NCBI GenBank assembly: GCA_010909165.1
Contig: MU008182.1
Span: 682,001-746,000, forward strand
DNA length: 64,000 bases
Origin: Anthoceros angustus
Taxonomy: Eukaryota; Plantae; Anthocerotophyta
Direction: 5' to 3'
In this document: positions 61,984 to 64,000 of the stretch, one piece after another
How the letters are laid out: each line of letters begins with the position of its first letter
Numbering within the stretch: the stretch's first letter is position 1
The notes under the pieces: generated by a model
The model's database searches: none
What the model saw: the letters and a program-made list of their open reading frames with translations, nothing else
What the model was told of the DNA's origin: nothing
Position numbers and translations under genes: made by a program

Positions 61984-64000
61984 ATGGGGCTGTGCTTCTC
62001 CAAGGAGACGGGGGGGCCGGGGGAGCGGGATGGCGCCTACGTCACCCCGGACATGGTGAGCCCGCAGTACTACTACAGCGGGATTCTGCGGCTTTCGAGC
62101 TTCAGGGCCGGGGGAACGCCCACCGGGGTCCAGTTTTTGCTGGAGTCGCCGAGGATGTCCAGCATTGCGCTGGACTCGCCCCGGGTGTCGCTGGCGTCGG
62201 GGGAGTTCAGGCTGGCGGGGGGTTCTCCCCGGGTGTCTGCGGATGTGGGTGATACGGGGACGTTGAACGCGCTGCTGAATCGGTCGAGGCAGAGCCGGGG
62301 GATGCTGTTGCAGGGGCCGGGGCCGGGGCCGGGGCAGGAGCAGGGGCAGGGGCAGGGGAGGAGCGGGAAGAGCCTGCAGCAGGGGCGGGGCCGAGAGTGG
62401 CAGGACTGTGTACTCCGCGGAGCTGAGCTCGTCGCAGCGGCTGGCGGCCACCAACATTCTCGAGTGCCGGGACAGCCACAGCAAGCAGCACTGCATCTGC
62501 TGCACCGACTGCGGGTCCCGGAAGCTCGCCAAGTGCCGGGACTGCGGCTCGCACAAGCTCTCCGTCTGCCCCATGTGCGACAACAGGATTCCCAGGTGCG
62601 GGGAGTGCAGGTTCGGGAGGCCGCTCAGCTGCGGGGCGTGTGGTTCTACTAGGCTTGCCAGCTCGCTGCAGATCGAGGCGGGGAAGATCAATTGCGGGGT
62701 GTGCGGGGCCGCTATGCTCGCCAGCTGCGACCGCTGCAGCACCAGGTTCAAGCGGACTACGTGCGGGCAGTGCGGGCGGGCTAGCACGGACGTTGAGTCG
62801 CGGGAGGAGTTGGAGGAGTTTAGCGAATTCGGGCTGGATCAGTCCGGGGGGGAGATGGATTCTAGTGTTGAGTTTCTGGAGCTCACTGCTGGGGTGTTTG
62901 AGATGAGGAGGAAGCCTCCCCATCCTCCTCCTCGCTCCCGCCTCCAGCAACCCAGGCTTCAGCAGCAGCAACAGCAGCGTCAGCCTGCTGGGTTGGTGAA
63001 TCCTCCTGCCAGTGACATGTCGGAAGAACCTGCTGCTGTTCCTGTCCCTGATCCTGAGATTGCTCCTTCCCCTACTCCTGCTGCTGCTGCTGTTGCTGCT
63101 GGAACTGTTTCCGGTGATGAAAATGCGAGCTCTACCTTTGCATCTCCTTCTGCCAGAAGTGGCATCCAGGAGGAGGTGGACATGGAGCTCGCCACCCCTG
63201 ATGGCAACCACTCCCGTGGTTTAGGAGGAGAAGGATTCGAGCTGGACGGGACGGAGGGCCAAGACTCCATGAGCAGCAACGAAGGGCAGATAATGGAGAA
63301 TGGGCAGGCAGAAGAGCTTCAGGAGGAGTTATCATCGTCTCCTGTGGAGGAGTCCACCCCCGAGGCTGACAGCTCGCTGGAGGTTGATGATGCGCCAGCG
63401 GCATCAGCCTCCGACCAGGGTCACCATACGCGGAACATCAGCTTTGGGATGTATGTCCCAGATGTGACCACCTCTTCTGCAGCAGCGCCAGCGGAGTCCG
63501 GGAGTAGCAGTGGCAGTGGGGGTAGCGGCGCCAACAAGCAGCAGCTTCTGAGTCAGGTTCTGTATGGAGACGTGTCCTTCTCATCCTTTCTGACGGGGCC
63601 TGGGATGGCGGATACGGCAACTTTGAGTGACAGCTTGGACGAGCTCACTCTGCAGGAGTTCAGCCAGCAGTTCGAAAATGTTGCCAAGACGTATGCAGAG
63701 GCTGCAGCCATGGCTGCTGCTCGAGATGCTTTTGGTTTCAGAGAGGAGAATGATGCGTCCCTCACCTTTCCTAGGTTGTTCGAGACGCAGGGGCAAGGAG
63801 GTGGTAGCACTCCTGAGGTGGGCCAGTGGCAGGTTCCCTTTCTGTCTCTCGAGTCGGATTCTGTGCCAGGATCGGCTGATCAGGCTGCTGGGAAGACGGC
63901 GAATGGGGCAGGTTATTTGGTGAATGATGTCTCTCAGCAGCAGTCTGTCATGTTTTCGGACAGGGCCCAGGCATCGGCGTTGCCTTCTGCATCCGGATCA
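61984..64000 (+). CDS. Putative N-acylated protein with eight CxxC motifs (zinc-ribbon array) and a long acidic disordered region; one frameshift near 62310-62395; runs off the window
   Basis: Starts MGLCFSKE. The next frame is open from 62279 to the window end with CTDC, CRDC, CPMC, CGEC, CGAC, CGVC, CDRC and CGQC, then a Q/E/S/A-rich sequence. It is absent from the ORF track because it has no stop in the window. Confidence 0.75.

Noticed and set aside
61474-63211. Long - strand ORFs (437 and 334 aa)
   Set aside because: Antisense shadows of the + strand CxxC gene.

Overview
Eukaryotic, plant-type genomic DNA. It is probably from a non-seed land plant, inferred from the gene and transposon content. 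Host genes: a spliced carbonyl-reductase-type SDR (11.1-12.2 kb, +); two GRAS transcription factors (13.0-16.0 kb, - and 47.0-49.1 kb, +); a tandem pair of intronless GDSL esterase/lipases with Pro/Ser tails (21.0-22.5 and 27.4-28.9 kb); and a putatively N-acylated poly-CxxC protein that runs off the right edge and is missing from the ORF track. Decayed mobile elements lie between them: two CRE/R2-type non-LTR elements, a copia gag fragment, two relatives of a Gypsy-like 3' coiled-coil ORF, two copies of a TA-TSD MITE, a Harbinger-like fragment and many tandem repeats. The most notable structure is a DNA transposon at 646-6035. It has a perfect 23-bp terminal inverted repeat and a 4-bp CTTT target-site duplication. 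It encodes a Sola-like DDE transposase on + and, divergently on -, a frameshifted beta-class (N4-cytosine/N6-adenine) DNA methyltransferase. It is nested in the reading frame of a second Sola2-like transposase, and excising it restores that frame. Caveat: several regions show indel-rich duplications, frameshifts and a GC-junk block typical of under-polished long-read assembly, so some apparent pseudogene lesions and duplications may be errors. All family assignments come from motif recognition, not database searches.
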